Shown one piece after another: positions 35,272-44,355 of a stretch of DNA of 64,000 nucleotides. Both the position numbers and the translations under genes were made by a program. Location of the stretch: the IMG/VR virus record IMGVR_UViG_3300046543_000451, positions 5,376-69,375 of that record; one strand, given 5' to 3'. Each line of letters starts with the position of its first letter. Position 1 is the first letter of the stretch. Origin of the DNA: a virus. The notes beneath the pieces are model-generated. The model was given only the letters and a program-made list of their open reading frames with translations, was not told where the DNA came from and did not search any database.

Positions 35272-38200
35272 CAGGTCACCTCACTCGTGATCTTAGCCGC
35301 CGTGACGGTCGAGGTTGCGGTGCCCGCGCTCACCGTGGACGTGACCCTCGCCGCCGTCACCGTCGAGCCGGCTGTTCGGGCAGAGACGGTCGAGCCAGCG
35401 GTGTCTGCGCTGATGGTCGAGGTGATCCGTCCGCGCTTCGAGAGGTGGAGACGCGCGTGATCGGCAGCCGTGAACGCCTGCGCGATGATCCGGTAGCCGA
35501 CGAACTGGCGACTGACGGACTGGCTCGCCCCGACGGAGTCGGCAGCGAACCGGGCGATGGTGTGGCCTTCGACCTCGGCCGAGTCGGTCGCGGTGACGTT
35601 GTCGGCAGTGGTCCGAGAAGCCGAGAGCTGGCGACTGACCGCGTCGCTGGTGGTGAGGCTCTCGGCAGCGCTCCGGTGAGCGGACAGGCTCCGAGTCGTG
35701 GTGTCTGCTGTCGAGATGGACTCAGAGGTCGTGAACGAGGACTGGACCACGACAACGGTCGCGACGTCGCTCGTCGTCGGGTGGTCGCTTGTCGAACGGG
35801 CTTCGTCCAGATGCCGGCTGACCGTGTCGCTCGTTGCGATGGCTTCGCTGGCCGAGCGGATGATGACCCGGCTCGCAGTCGCGACATCCGACGTCGTGAT
35901 GGCTTCGGCAGCGGTCCGGTGGAACGACCCAGTCCGGGTTGCCGTGTCGGCAGTCGTCGGATGGTCGGTCGTGGTCGGAGTGGCGCCCTTGGTCTGGGTC
36001 GCGACATCCGACGTGACCGGGTGATCCGTCGTCGTCCGAAGCCCGACGAACGTGCGTGTCGTCGTCTCGGAGATCGTCGGGGTTTCGGTCGCGGTTCGGA
36101 CGGATGTCTTGACGACGGTCGCGACGTCGCTGGTATGCGGAGCGTCCGTGGCGTCCCGGCTGAACGTGCCAGACCGGGTGACGACATCAGCGGTGTGAGG
36201 AGCATCAGTCGTCGTGCGCGGGAACGTCCCGGTCCGAGTCGCCACGTCCGCCGTGGTCGGAGCCTCGGTCGTGGCACGGTGGAATGAGCCCGTCCGGGTA
36301 ACCACGTCGCTGGTATGCGGTGCGTCTGACGTCGAGCGCAGGGCGCCCGAGGTCGCCGCGTCGGTGGTGTTGATCGCCTCGGTCGCGGTCCGACTGAAGG
36401 TCCCGGACCGAGTCGCGACATCGGAGGTATGCGGCGCGTCCGTGGTCGTGCGGACGACACTCCGCACCTGAGTCGCGACATCGGCCGTGCTGATGGCCTC
36501 GGTCGTGGATCGGGAGAAGGTCCCGGTCCGCGTCGCGACGTCGGCCGTCGTTGGGACATCCGTGGTGGTCTTGTGGAAGGAGCCCGTTCGAGTGGCGACA
36601 TCACTGGTGGTCGGGCTGTCGGTGGTCGTACGAGTAGCGGACTTCAGGACGGTCGCGACGTCCGACGTCGTAGGAGCGTCCGTGGCGGCCCGCGTGAAGG
36701 TCCCGGTCCGGGTTGCCGCATCCGACGTTGCCGGGGCATCAGTGGTCGTCTTGTGCAGGTCTGCGGTCCGCGTTGCCACGTCCGCGGTCGAGATCGCCTC
36801 GGTGGTGGCCCGCGACAGGGTGACGGTTCGCGTCGCCACGTCGCTGGTGGTCGGGGCGTCGGTCGTGGTCTTGTGGAAGCTGCCGGTACGAGTCGCGACG
36901 TCAGATGTCGTCGGCGCATCTGTCGTGGCGCGAGTGAAAGTCCCGCTTCGCGTCGCGACATCCGCAGTCGTCGGCGCGTCAGTGGTCGTGCGAACCGATG
37001 ACTTGACAACGGTTGCCACGTCCGCCGTGTGGGGAGCATCCGTCGTCGCACGAGTGAACGTGGCCGTCCGCGTAGCAACATCGGCGGTCGTCGGGGCGTC
37101 GCTGGTCGAGCGACTGGCCGACTTGATGACGGTCGCGACATCTGCCGTCGCCGGAGCCTCAGTCGTCGCCCGGGTGAAGCTGGCGGTCCGCGTCGCGACA
37201 TCGGCAGTCGAGATCGCTTCGGTTGTCGAACGAAGGAACGTCCGTGAGGCAACTGCCACGTCAGCAGTCGAGATGGCTTCCGTGGTCGCTCGGCTGAACG
37301 TCCCGTTCCGGGTGGCGACGTCAGCGGTTGTCGGCGCGTCGGTGACGGTGCGGGGCTCGGTCTGCGACTGCGACGCGAGGTCGGTGATGATGAGGGCTTC
37401 GGTCGTCGTCCGAGACGTCGAGATCGTCCGGGTCGCAACATCCGCGAACGTGGGACTGTCGGTCGTCGTTCGAGCAGAGACCTTGACGACGGTCGCGACG
37501 TCCGCAGTGTGAGGAGCGTCAGTCGTGGCGCGGCTGAAGGTTCCCGTGCGCGTGGCGACGTCGGCCGTGGTCGGCGCATCCGTGGTCGTGGCATGGAAGC
37601 TGCCGGTACGAGTCGCAACGTCGGCGGTGGTCGGCGAGTCGGTCGTCGTGCGTGTCGCAGACTTGACGACCGTTGCGACATCGGAAGTGTGGGGAGCGTC
37701 CGTGTCGGTCCGGCTGAACGAACCCGTCCGCGTCGCCACGTCTGCCGTGGTCGGGCTATCAGTCGCAGTCCGTGTCTTGACGGTGATCTGGACCGCGACA
37801 TCGGCGGTCGTGATCGCTTCGCTGGTCGACCGGACGAAGGTGGCATTCCGCGTCGCGACGTCAGCAGTTGTCGGGGAATCCGTATCGGTCCGGTTGAAGG
37901 ACCCGTTGCGTGTCGCAACGTCGGCGGTCGTGGGCGCTTCAGTCGCCGTGCGGAACGCAGACTTCAGGACGGTGGCAACGTCCGCCGTCGTCGGCGCGTC
38001 GGTCGTGGTGGCGTGGAACGAACCAGTGCGCGTCGCCACGTCGGCGGTGTGGGGCGCATCCGTGGTCGTCCGGCTGGTCGAGAAGTTCCGGGTAGCGACG
38101 TCGGCAGTGGTAGGAGCATCGGTCGTGGCCCGGTTGAACGACCCTGTCCGGGTCGCAGCATCAACGGGCGAGAAGGCCGGCGACTCAGATGTCGTCTTGT

Positions 38201-39059
38201 GGAAGCTGCCGGTTCGGGTTGCGACGTCCGCAGTGGTTGGGGCGTCCGTCGTGGTTGCGTGGAAGGAGCCTGTCCGGGTCGCAACGTCCGCCGTGGTCGG
38301 AGCATCGGTCGTCGAGGCGGTCTTCGTGCCGCCGCCGGCCGCATTGAAGTGGGCCTGAATCTGGGTCAGCGTCAGCGCCGTGCCGTAGTAGGCGACACGA
38401 CCCAGTGACCCACCGTACGGAGTCGAGCCATCCCGGTCTGCCGCGATGCCCAGCTCGTCGAAGTTGGCGGCCATCGTGGCGTTCGTGACCGCGCCCGTGC
38501 GGTCGACGCCGTCGATGACGATCAGGGTTGAAGTCGCACCGTTCTTGGCGATCGCGACGTGGTGCCAGTTCCCCGTGGACGGCACTGTGGTCGACGTGGA
38601 GATCGTGCTGACGTTCGACTTGTTGAGCCGGACGTTGCCAGCGGCCGTGAACTCGACGTAGACGTTGTTGGTGCCACGACTGAAGACCGTCTGGGCTGCT
38701 GCTGCCCCACCCGGCTTGGCCCAGAACTCGACCGTGAACGTGTCGTAGTTCGTGAAGGTGAATCTGCCCTGCGTGACGTGGGCGTATTCACTGACCCCAT
38801 CGAACTGGACCGCAGTGGCGAGGTCTCCGCTGATCCCGGTGGAAACACCGAACGTCGGTCCGTTCAGGTAGTCGGCGTCTGGTCCGCCGAAGTAGTTACC
38901 AGCGGTCAGGCCACCGGCTTCGGACAGAATCCAGTAGGCCAGCGGGTTGTCGAGAAGGACGGCCGAGTCGTAGGCGTGATACCACGTATCACGGGCGGTA
39001 TGGGCGTTGAGGCGGCGCCGTTGCGGGTTCGGGACTTGCCGGAACAGGCCGCGAGCCAT
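35271..39059 (-). CDS. LamG/concanavalin-like head plus long Thr-rich tandem-repeat protein (putative fibre)
   Basis: AVLLDNPLAYW...FTVEFW...WHHVAI...VAYY.TALT..QI.AHF, then about 45-50 repeats of about 19 aa. Confidence 0.87.
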   Translation of the reverse strand: MARGLFRQVPNPQRRRLNAHTARDTWYHAYDSAVLLDNPLAYWILSEAGGLTAGNYFGGPDADYLNGPTFGVSTGISGDLATAVQFDGVSEYAHVTQGRFTFTNYDTFTVEFWAKPGGAAAAQTVFSRGTNNVYVEFTAAGNVRLNKSNVSTISTSTTVPSTGNWHHVAIAKNGATSTLIVIDGVDRTGAVTNATMAANFDELGIAADRDGSTPYGGSLGRVAYYGTALTLTQIQAHFNAAGGGTKTASTTDAPTTADVATRTGSFHATTTDAPTTADVATRTGSFHKTTSESPAFSPVDAATRTGSFNRATTDAPTTADVATRNFSTSRTTTDAPHTADVATRTGSFHATTTDAPTTADVATVLKSAFRTATEAPTTADVATRNGSFNRTDTDSPTTADVATRNATFVRSTSEAITTADVAVQITVKTRTATDSPTTADVATRTGSFSRTDTDAPHTSDVATVVKSATRTTTDSPTTADVATRTGSFHATTTDAPTTADVATRTGTFSRATTDAPHTADVATVVKVSARTTTDSPTFADVATRTISTSRTTTEALIITDLASQSQTEPRTVTDAPTTADVATRNGTFSRATTEAISTADVAVASRTFLRSTTEAISTADVATRTASFTRATTEAPATADVATVIKSASRSTSDAPTTADVATRTATFTRATTDAPHTADVATVVKSSVRTTTDAPTTADVATRSGTFTRATTDAPTTSDVATRTGSFHKTTTDAPTTSDVATRTVTLSRATTEAISTADVATRTADLHKTTTDAPATSDAATRTGTFTRAATDAPTTSDVATVLKSATRTTTDSPTTSDVATRTGSFHKTTTDVPTTADVATRTGTFSRSTTEAISTADVATQVRSVVRTTTDAPHTSDVATRSGTFSRTATEAINTTDAATSGALRSTSDAPHTSDVVTRTGSFHRATTEAPTTADVATRTGTFPRTTTDAPHTADVVTRSGTFSRDATDAPHTSDVATVVKTSVRTATETPTISETTTRTFVGLRTTTDHPVTSDVATQTKGATPTTTDHPTTADTATRTGSFHRTAAEAITTSDVATASRVIIRSASEAIATSDTVSRHLDEARSTSDHPTTSDVATVVVVQSSFTTSESISTADTTTRSLSAHRSAAESLTTSDAVSRQLSASRTTADNVTATDSAEVEGHTIARFAADSVGASQSVSRQFVGYRIIAQAFTAADHARLHLSKRGRITSTISADTAGSTVSARTAGSTVTAARVTSTVSAGTATSTVTAAKITSEVT
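35500..38330 (-). repeat. Coding tandem repeat with a unit of about 57 bp (TTDAPTTADVATRTGSFHR consensus)
   Basis: Visible in the translation and as recurring GTCGCGACGTC/GTCGCGACATC on the + strand; boundaries approximate. Confidence 0.92.
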
Positions 39060-39060
39060 A

Positions 39061-39393
39061 TCAGCTCAGTCGAGCGAGGACATTCTCCGGGGTGATCCCA
39101 ACGGCCGGGTAGTTCGGATCGTCGGTCACGATCTCCCAGCGCTCCTCGGTCGTCTTCCCGACCGCGATGTGCTCCTCGTCGTAGACGCGCTCGACGTGAT
39201 CGAACCGGTGGATGGTGCCAGTCACCCTGACGATCACCGGGTCGCCAGCCTTGACCGGCACCGGGTAGTCCTCGCGATTGGACTGGCTCACGCGCTCGTG
39301 GACCTCGGCGTAGTAGCCGTGGGCCAGCTCGAACGTACCTGTATCGCCATCGCTGATCTTCGTGCCGTCGCGGGCCTTGAAGGAAGTCGCCAT
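39061..39393 (-). CDS. Hypothetical protein
   Basis: GAGGAGG RBS, coupled. Confidence 0.7.
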   Translation of the reverse strand: MATSFKARDGTKISDGDTGTFELAHGYYAEVHERVSQSNREDYPVPVKAGDPVIVRVTGTIHRFDHVERVYDEEHIAVGKTTEERWEIVTDDPNYPAVGITPENVLARLS

Positions 39394-39887
39394 CAGTTGA
39401 CCTCCTCGAACTCCAGCGTGGCGTTCCAGCCGGTCAGCGTGGTCGGCGTTCCCTGAAGCTGGAGGACGAAGGAAAGGTCCAGCCCGATCAGGGGGCGGTC
39501 CTCCGGCAGAAAAATCTTCTCCCAGCCGTTGAGGTTGTTGAAGCCCTCGATGCCCATCACCGTCAGGGTGCCGGCGCCGTTGGCACTAGAGTCGGTTCCG
39601 CAGGTGGCTGCTGCGTTCGTCGTACCGCCGGCAATGCCCGACGCCACGGCGTTGAGGACGACCGGAGCAGGCGTGGTGCTGGTCATCGTCCCGAAAGCCG
39701 ACGCCTTCATGCCCCAGCGGACGGAGAGCTGTTGGCTCGTCGAGGTGCCGTTCTGGCCGCACGTCATTCGCAGGATGCGAAGGATCGACGCCCGGCTCGT
39801 GGCGGCGGTCGCGGCCCGGATGATAATCATCTCGGAGTCCGCGATCACTGTCTGGTTCGCCATGGTGACCGTGTACAGACTGGACAT
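39393..39887 (-). CDS. Putative structural protein
   Basis: Thr/Gly-rich with C-terminal LEFEE; GAGGAGG RBS. Confidence 0.72.
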   Translation of the reverse strand: MSSLYTVTMANQTVIADSEMIIIRAATAATSRASILRILRMTCGQNGTSTSQQLSVRWGMKASAFGTMTSTTPAPVVLNAVASGIAGGTTNAAATCGTDSSANGAGTLTVMGIEGFNNLNGWEKIFLPEDRPLIGLDLSFVLQLQGTPTTLTGWNATLEFEEVN

Positions 39888-39897
39888 CGCGCCTCCT

Positions 39898-41175
39898 CTA
39901 CTGGGCCAGCAGGGCTGGGCTCATGCGCCGGCTGGGGATGAAGCTGTTGGGCGACACGACGACTTGGTCCGCGACATCGGCAAACGTCGGCGCGTCAGTT
40001 GACGTTGCGTGGAACGAACCGATCCGGGTGACGACGTCGGCCGTCGTTGGAGCGTCAGTCGTCGTACCGGTCTTCACGGCGGCGGGCGTCCATGCGACCA
40101 CCATGCCCATGAAGTCGACACAGGCGAGACGGGACTCACTGACCCGGGAGGCGCGGATCGTCGGACTGGTTCCGAAGTTGCCCGACGTCGGCAGTGATGC
40201 CGTCGTGAGCGTGCCGAACGTCGTCACCCACAAACCGGTCTCGGCGCCATGCGCCCCGGCGTCACCGCCAACAGTGATCGAAGCCCCAGCCACAGTCGGG
40301 TTCGTCAGGGCGCCGACGTTCTGCATCGTCTTCGTACCGGTCGCGATGTCCTCGCCTTGACGAACAAGCGACTGGACCGCGATGAGGGTATCCCCCGACC
40401 CGACCCCCAGCGTCGTATACGTCGCGAGGTTGGCGATGTAGTTGTCGGTCGCGCTGGCCGTGAAGTGCATCCCCTTCTTGGCGTTCGCCGCCTCGTTGGC
40501 CGAGGCAACACCAGCCGGAGGAACATTCGAGACGCACTGCCAGATGTTGGTCGTCACGCCGTTGTTGTCGGTGACCCCGGTGACCGTGTTGTCGCTGATC
40601 GGCAGGGCCGTGTTGACCTTGGACGGGGCGAGGAAGCCCGCGCTATCAATGATGATGTCGTCGATATAGATGTCGGCCGCCGACGCTGCGGAGTCGTTGA
40701 ACCCGATGTTGACGTTCAGCGTGCTCGTGATGGTTTGCGTCGCGTTGACCGCGGAGGCACCGTTGATCTGGAGCCAGTCCACGTTCGTCCCCGTGGTCGG
40801 TGGCCGGAGACCGATCCAGTACCACTGGCCTGTCGAGAGCGCGGACGAGTTCGAGCCGATCTGAGTCGAGGCACCATCGAACACACCCAGCGTGCCCGTG
40901 CTGTTCAGTTTCAGCGTATACGTCGTGCCGCCGGCGCCGACGATGATCCGTGTCAGCGACGGCAGCGTCGCGATGTACAAGCCGAAGTGCAGCCAGTTGC
41001 CAGCCGCCCAGTTCGTGTAGGTGAACGACCCGAACGCACCGCTCGCCGGGTTGCACCGCACCGATCGCGTGCCGGTCCGAGCTTGGACCGTGCTGAACGC
41101 GGTATTGCTACCGAGGGAAATACTTTCTGTTGAGGCATCGGCGGACTCGAATCCCGACATCGAGGTTACGGCCAT
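39898..41175 (-). CDS. Beta-rich (lectin-like) structural protein with two copies of the Thr repeat
   Basis: LSTGQWYWI, IYIDDIII; C-terminal TTTDAPTTADVVTRIGSFHATSTDAPTFADVA. Confidence 0.78.
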   Translation of the reverse strand: MAVTSMSGFESADASTESISLGSNTAFSTVQARTGTRSVRCNPASGAFGSFTYTNWAAGNWLHFGLYIATLPSLTRIIVGAGGTTYTLKLNSTGTLGVFDGASTQIGSNSSALSTGQWYWIGLRPPTTGTNVDWLQINGASAVNATQTITSTLNVNIGFNDSAASAADIYIDDIIIDSAGFLAPSKVNTALPISDNTVTGVTDNNGVTTNIWQCVSNVPPAGVASANEAANAKKGMHFTASATDNYIANLATYTTLGVGSGDTLIAVQSLVRQGEDIATGTKTMQNVGALTNPTVAGASITVGGDAGAHGAETGLWVTTFGTLTTASLPTSGNFGTSPTIRASRVSESRLACVDFMGMVVAWTPAAVKTGTTTDAPTTADVVTRIGSFHATSTDAPTFADVADQVVVSPNSFIPSRRMSPALLAQ

Positions 41176-41184
41176 CTCAGCGGC

Positions 41185-41691
41185 TCACCGGTAGAGGCTC
41201 GCCAGTTCGTCGAAGTCGTCCTGCGTCGGGTGCGGCCCGTACCACGCGGGCGCCATGCAGGAAGGCGCGGAGGGGACGTCCGTCCGGTGATCGGGCATCC
41301 CCAAGGCGTGTCCGATCTCCTGACAGATGACGATCTGCGGCACGTTGCAGAGGTCGTTGACCGTGATCGCGGCCGACTTCAAGTGTCCGTTGGAGAGACT
41401 CACCGTCGTCCAACCGCACGGAGCGGTCAGGGACGCGATGTTCGAGATGGTCACCTTGATCCGGCCGCTGCCGCCGACCACCACGTCAGCGGTGCCCGAC
41501 GCCGACCAGTCGGCCGCGGACACTGCGACCAGCGCGGGCCATGAGCCCCTAGTGTGATCGACGACCGCGAGGGTGAACGGATTGTTGGTCGCCCACTGGA
41601 TGCCGCTGTCAGACCACGTCCCAGCGGCGTGGACTGTCCCAGTGAAGACGAGGGCAAGGGCAACCGCGATCCACAGGGCAAGACGCTTCAC
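41185..41691 (-). CDS. Secreted matrixin-like metallopeptidase (QExGH variant)
   Basis: Signal peptide VKRLALWIAVALALVFTGTVHA; CQEIGHALGMPDH...SCM...P...D...L..LY. Confidence 0.75.
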   Translation of the reverse strand: MKRLALWIAVALALVFTGTVHAAGTWSDSGIQWATNNPFTLAVVDHTRGSWPALVAVSAADWSASGTADVVVGGSGRIKVTISNIASLTAPCGWTTVSLSNGHLKSAAITVNDLCNVPQIVICQEIGHALGMPDHRTDVPSAPSCMAPAWYGPHPTQDDFDELASLYR

Positions 41692-42737
41692 GACATCCCC
41701 TCCCTGAACACCGCAGCCCACTCTCCCGCGCGCTTGGCTGGATCGTACTCGGCGTCGAGACGCTCCTGAGCCGCTGCGACGAAGTCGGCCCGCATCCCCG
41801 GATTCCTTGCGAGCAGGGCGACCGAGCCGACCCACTCGGAGTGGCCGCGGGCGAGGAAGCCGTCCTTGCCGCTCCTGATGACGGAGTACGGGCTGTCGCC
41901 CATCATCCGCTGGGCCACGACCGGGATGCCGGCGGCGGAGTAGTCGAGCCAGTGCAGCTCGCTCTTGAAGACATCGAAGTTGTCGCCCGACAAGGGTGCC
42001 AGCCCCACCACCGCGCGGGTGCTCACCAGTGCCCGGGCGAAGTTCCGCAAGTCGTGGTCGTACGGGACGATCCGGCTGAACTCGCGGGGGATGGTCTGGC
42101 CGACGCCCTCGTCTCCCATCCAGATCACTGGTAGCCGGGCCGCCGTGACCGCAGCGTGGGCATAGCCACCCTGATGACTGCCCCGGGCGTCATAAGCCCC
42201 GAAGTAGTCCGTCAGGCGCGCCCGGCTACCGTAGAAAATGGCCGTCGGAGCCACGTCCTGTCGAAAGTCCGTGGACGACGGCTGGTAGAGGTTCCTGTCG
42301 ATCGCGTTCCGCACGACGATCGGCGGCCTGCGCGAGTAGACGGCGTACTGCTTGGCGAGAGCCGGCGTCGACACCGCGACCACGTCAGCTTCGCGGGCCA
42401 TCTGCTCGACCTGTGCGACGTGCTTCAGGATCAGGTCGCGGTGGGGAATCTTCTTGTTCGGGCTGATGTCCCAGTCGTCGGTGTCGTAGACCCGGGCCTT
42501 GCCCCGGAGACCGGCTTCACGCCAAGCCTCCGGGGTGGTCGGGTCCTGATACCAGCGCCGGAAGACGACGACATCAGCCCAGTCGAGAGGCCGCCAGTCC
42601 TCCGCCGCCCGGGGGAAATCCGGGTAGCGGAGGTAGGCAGCTTCCACCCCGTACAGCGGCCAGTGGTCGCGAAACTGCTGGCCGCGGTAGTACGGGATCG
42701 GGGTCCACTCTTCGTGGCCCCAGTAGAGGACCTTCAG
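41688..42737 (-). CDS. GT-B glycosyltransferase, probable CTG start
   Basis: WADVVVFRR, VYDTDD, VSTPALA, RNAID, GLAPL....F...KSELHWLDYSAAGIPVV; frame extends to LKVLYWG at 42737. Confidence 0.85.
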   Translation of the reverse strand: MKVLYWGHEEWTPIPYYRGQQFRDHWPLYGVEAAYLRYPDFPRAAEDWRPLDWADVVVFRRWYQDPTTPEAWREAGLRGKARVYDTDDWDISPNKKIPHRDLILKHVAQVEQMAREADVVAVSTPALAKQYAVYSRRPPIVVRNAIDRNLYQPSSTDFRQDVAPTAIFYGSRARLTDYFGAYDARGSHQGGYAHAAVTAARLPVIWMGDEGVGQTIPREFSRIVPYDHDLRNFARALVSTRAVVGLAPLSGDNFDVFKSELHWLDYSAAGIPVVAQRMMGDSPYSVIRSGKDGFLARGHSEWVGSVALLARNPGMRADFVAAAQERLDAEYDPAKRAGEWAAVFREGMS

Positions 42738-42741
42738 GGGA

Positions 42742-43599
42742 CTAGCCCGAGAGGGTGATGGTGTCGGTCACGGTCAACGTGTCGCCGTTGACCACCGTCG
42801 CATCCGCGTTGAGGACTGATTCGAACATCATCACCCCGACGCTCGTCAGGGTGCTGGTGCTGAACAGGCCCATCTTGTGCAGCGCGGTGATCGTGCCCGA
42901 CGGGCTCCACTGCTTCTGGAGCGTCATCGTGGCGTTGCCGTACGTGTGGGCGTACGTCGCGAGCGACCGGGTGACCGAGTTGGCGTTGTTCTCGCTTGCG
43001 AGCGCCGTGTCGGTCGCGTTGGCCGCCGCAGCATCCGTGGTGAGCGCCATGAAGCGCGGGCTCGGCGGTCCGCCTGCGCCGAGGATGAACGAACTGGTCG
43101 ACGAAGGCGTGGTGCCCGTGCCGTCAGCCGCCGTCCACCACTGGTCGATGGTGATGACGTTGGTCGTGTTGCTGCCAACGTTGGCGTAGACCGGCGCGGT
43201 CGCCGTGTTGGTGATCGGCGCGTAGACCCGGAGGCCGAGCAGGCCGAGCTGGGGCGTGCCTTGGTTGGATGCCGTCCAGACCGAGCCCGTGCCGGTGATG
43301 CTGGTCGCGGTGGCAGCCGTCGCCGGGGTGCCCTGACCGCCTGCCGGAATCTTCGCCCCGAGGGCGTCCGACCAGAGGTCGCGGCCGATGTTGGTCAGCA
43401 GGTTGTAGCTGATCCCGAGGTCCTCGATCTCGCCATCCTTGTGGATGATGATCGCGCTGACCTCGTTGCGGCCGAGGTGGAAGGAGTCCAGCGTCCGGCC
43501 CTGTCGCATCAGGCGGATAAGGGCGCCGTCCGGCTCGGCTTCGGTGTGGATGAAGGGATGCACATCGGGAATGATGTGGTCCCCAACGAGCTTGCTCAT
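42742..43599 (-). CDS. Putative structural protein
   Basis: NLLTNIGRD, DTALASE, GLF...G.M......ATVVNGDTLTVT. Confidence 0.75.
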   Translation of the reverse strand: MSKLVGDHIIPDVHPFIHTEAEPDGALIRLMRQGRTLDSFHLGRNEVSAIIIHKDGEIEDLGISYNLLTNIGRDLWSDALGAKIPAGGQGTPATAATATSITGTGSVWTASNQGTPQLGLLGLRVYAPITNTATAPVYANVGSNTTNVITIDQWWTAADGTGTTPSSTSSFILGAGGPPSPRFMALTTDAAAANATDTALASENNANSVTRSLATYAHTYGNATMTLQKQWSPSGTITALHKMGLFSTSTLTSVGVMMFESVLNADATVVNGDTLTVTDTITLSG

Positions 43600-43949
43600 G
43601 CCTGATCCTCTCCGCCGATGGTCTCATCAGCACTGCGGTCGATGCTCATCGGCTCGCGATCGGCGGCCGACAAGGTGGGCGTGTGGGCGACGATTCGCAT
43701 CGTCTCCGGGTCAATCCCGTAGTCCGACTCGATCTTGGCTCGGTCCTTGTCACTGAGAGCAGCGAGGACGATCCAGTTCTCGGGCTGGAGGATGCGGGCG
43801 CCCGTCTCCTCGTCGAAGGTCACGCCCTTGCCGCAGATGCGGCAGGCGGTCGGGACTTCCAGTTCGCCGGCTGCGTCAGGTCCCTCGAAGCTGTTGCAGT
43901 TGGCGCACTGGAAGGCGTACTCGATCTTCCCGTCATTGGGATTCGCCAT
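43596..43949 (-). CDS. Zinc-binding hypothetical protein
   Basis: QCANC...ACRICG; AGGAG RBS. Confidence 0.7.
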   Translation of the reverse strand: MANPNDGKIEYAFQCANCNSFEGPDAAGELEVPTACRICGKGVTFDEETGARILQPENWIVLAALSDKDRAKIESDYGIDPETMRIVAHTPTLSAADREPMSIDRSADETIGGEDQA

Positions 43950-44017
43950 GGCGGTTCTCCTGATTGGTCTGGGTGCCTTGAAGCGACGCTCGGGGTGACG
44001 ACGGGCCACCATAGGCG

Positions 44018-44341
44018 TCAGGCCACTACGACCGAGGCCGTCGCGACCGAGGAGTCGTCACTCGTCTTGTAGATGCCGACGGTCCACGTCCCGGCCGACG
44101 GGAAGATCAAGTTGTCCCACTCGGCAATCTGGGCGGCACTGGTCGACAGGACCGGACCCTTCAGATCGTTCGAGCCCGACTTGGACGCCTTGAAGTAGTA
44201 CGTCACTTGCGGAGAGGCCGGATAGTTGGCCGTGCTGTATCCGGTGGCCGTGTTGCTGGCGACGGCCGAGCAGGTGACCCGGGTAACCGTCTTGACCGCA
44301 GTGATGCTGCCCGATGCGGGCGTGATGGCGACTGCCGCCAT
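44018..44341 (-). CDS. Small Ig-like beta protein (possible head decoration)
   Basis: FPSAGTWTV, Ser/Thr-rich; AAGGAGG RBS. Confidence 0.7.
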   Translation of the reverse strand: MAAVAITPASGSITAVKTVTRVTCSAVASNTATGYSTANYPASPQVTYYFKASKSGSNDLKGPVLSTSAAQIAEWDNLIFPSAGTWTVGIYKTSDDSSVATASVVVA

Positions 44342-44355
44342 GGTTCAGTCCTCCT

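Noticed and set aside
35500-38330. Possible CRISPR array or DGR template/variable repeats
   Set aside because: Units vary at synonymous positions and stay in frame; there are no constant repeats with unique spacers, and no reverse transcriptase or cas operon
35247-38408. Long + strand and alternative-frame ORFs over the repeat gene (e.g. 36487-37512, 37525-38358)
   Set aside because: Shadows of a GC-rich coding repeat; the - strand 1262-aa frame has a recognisable domain and fits the operon
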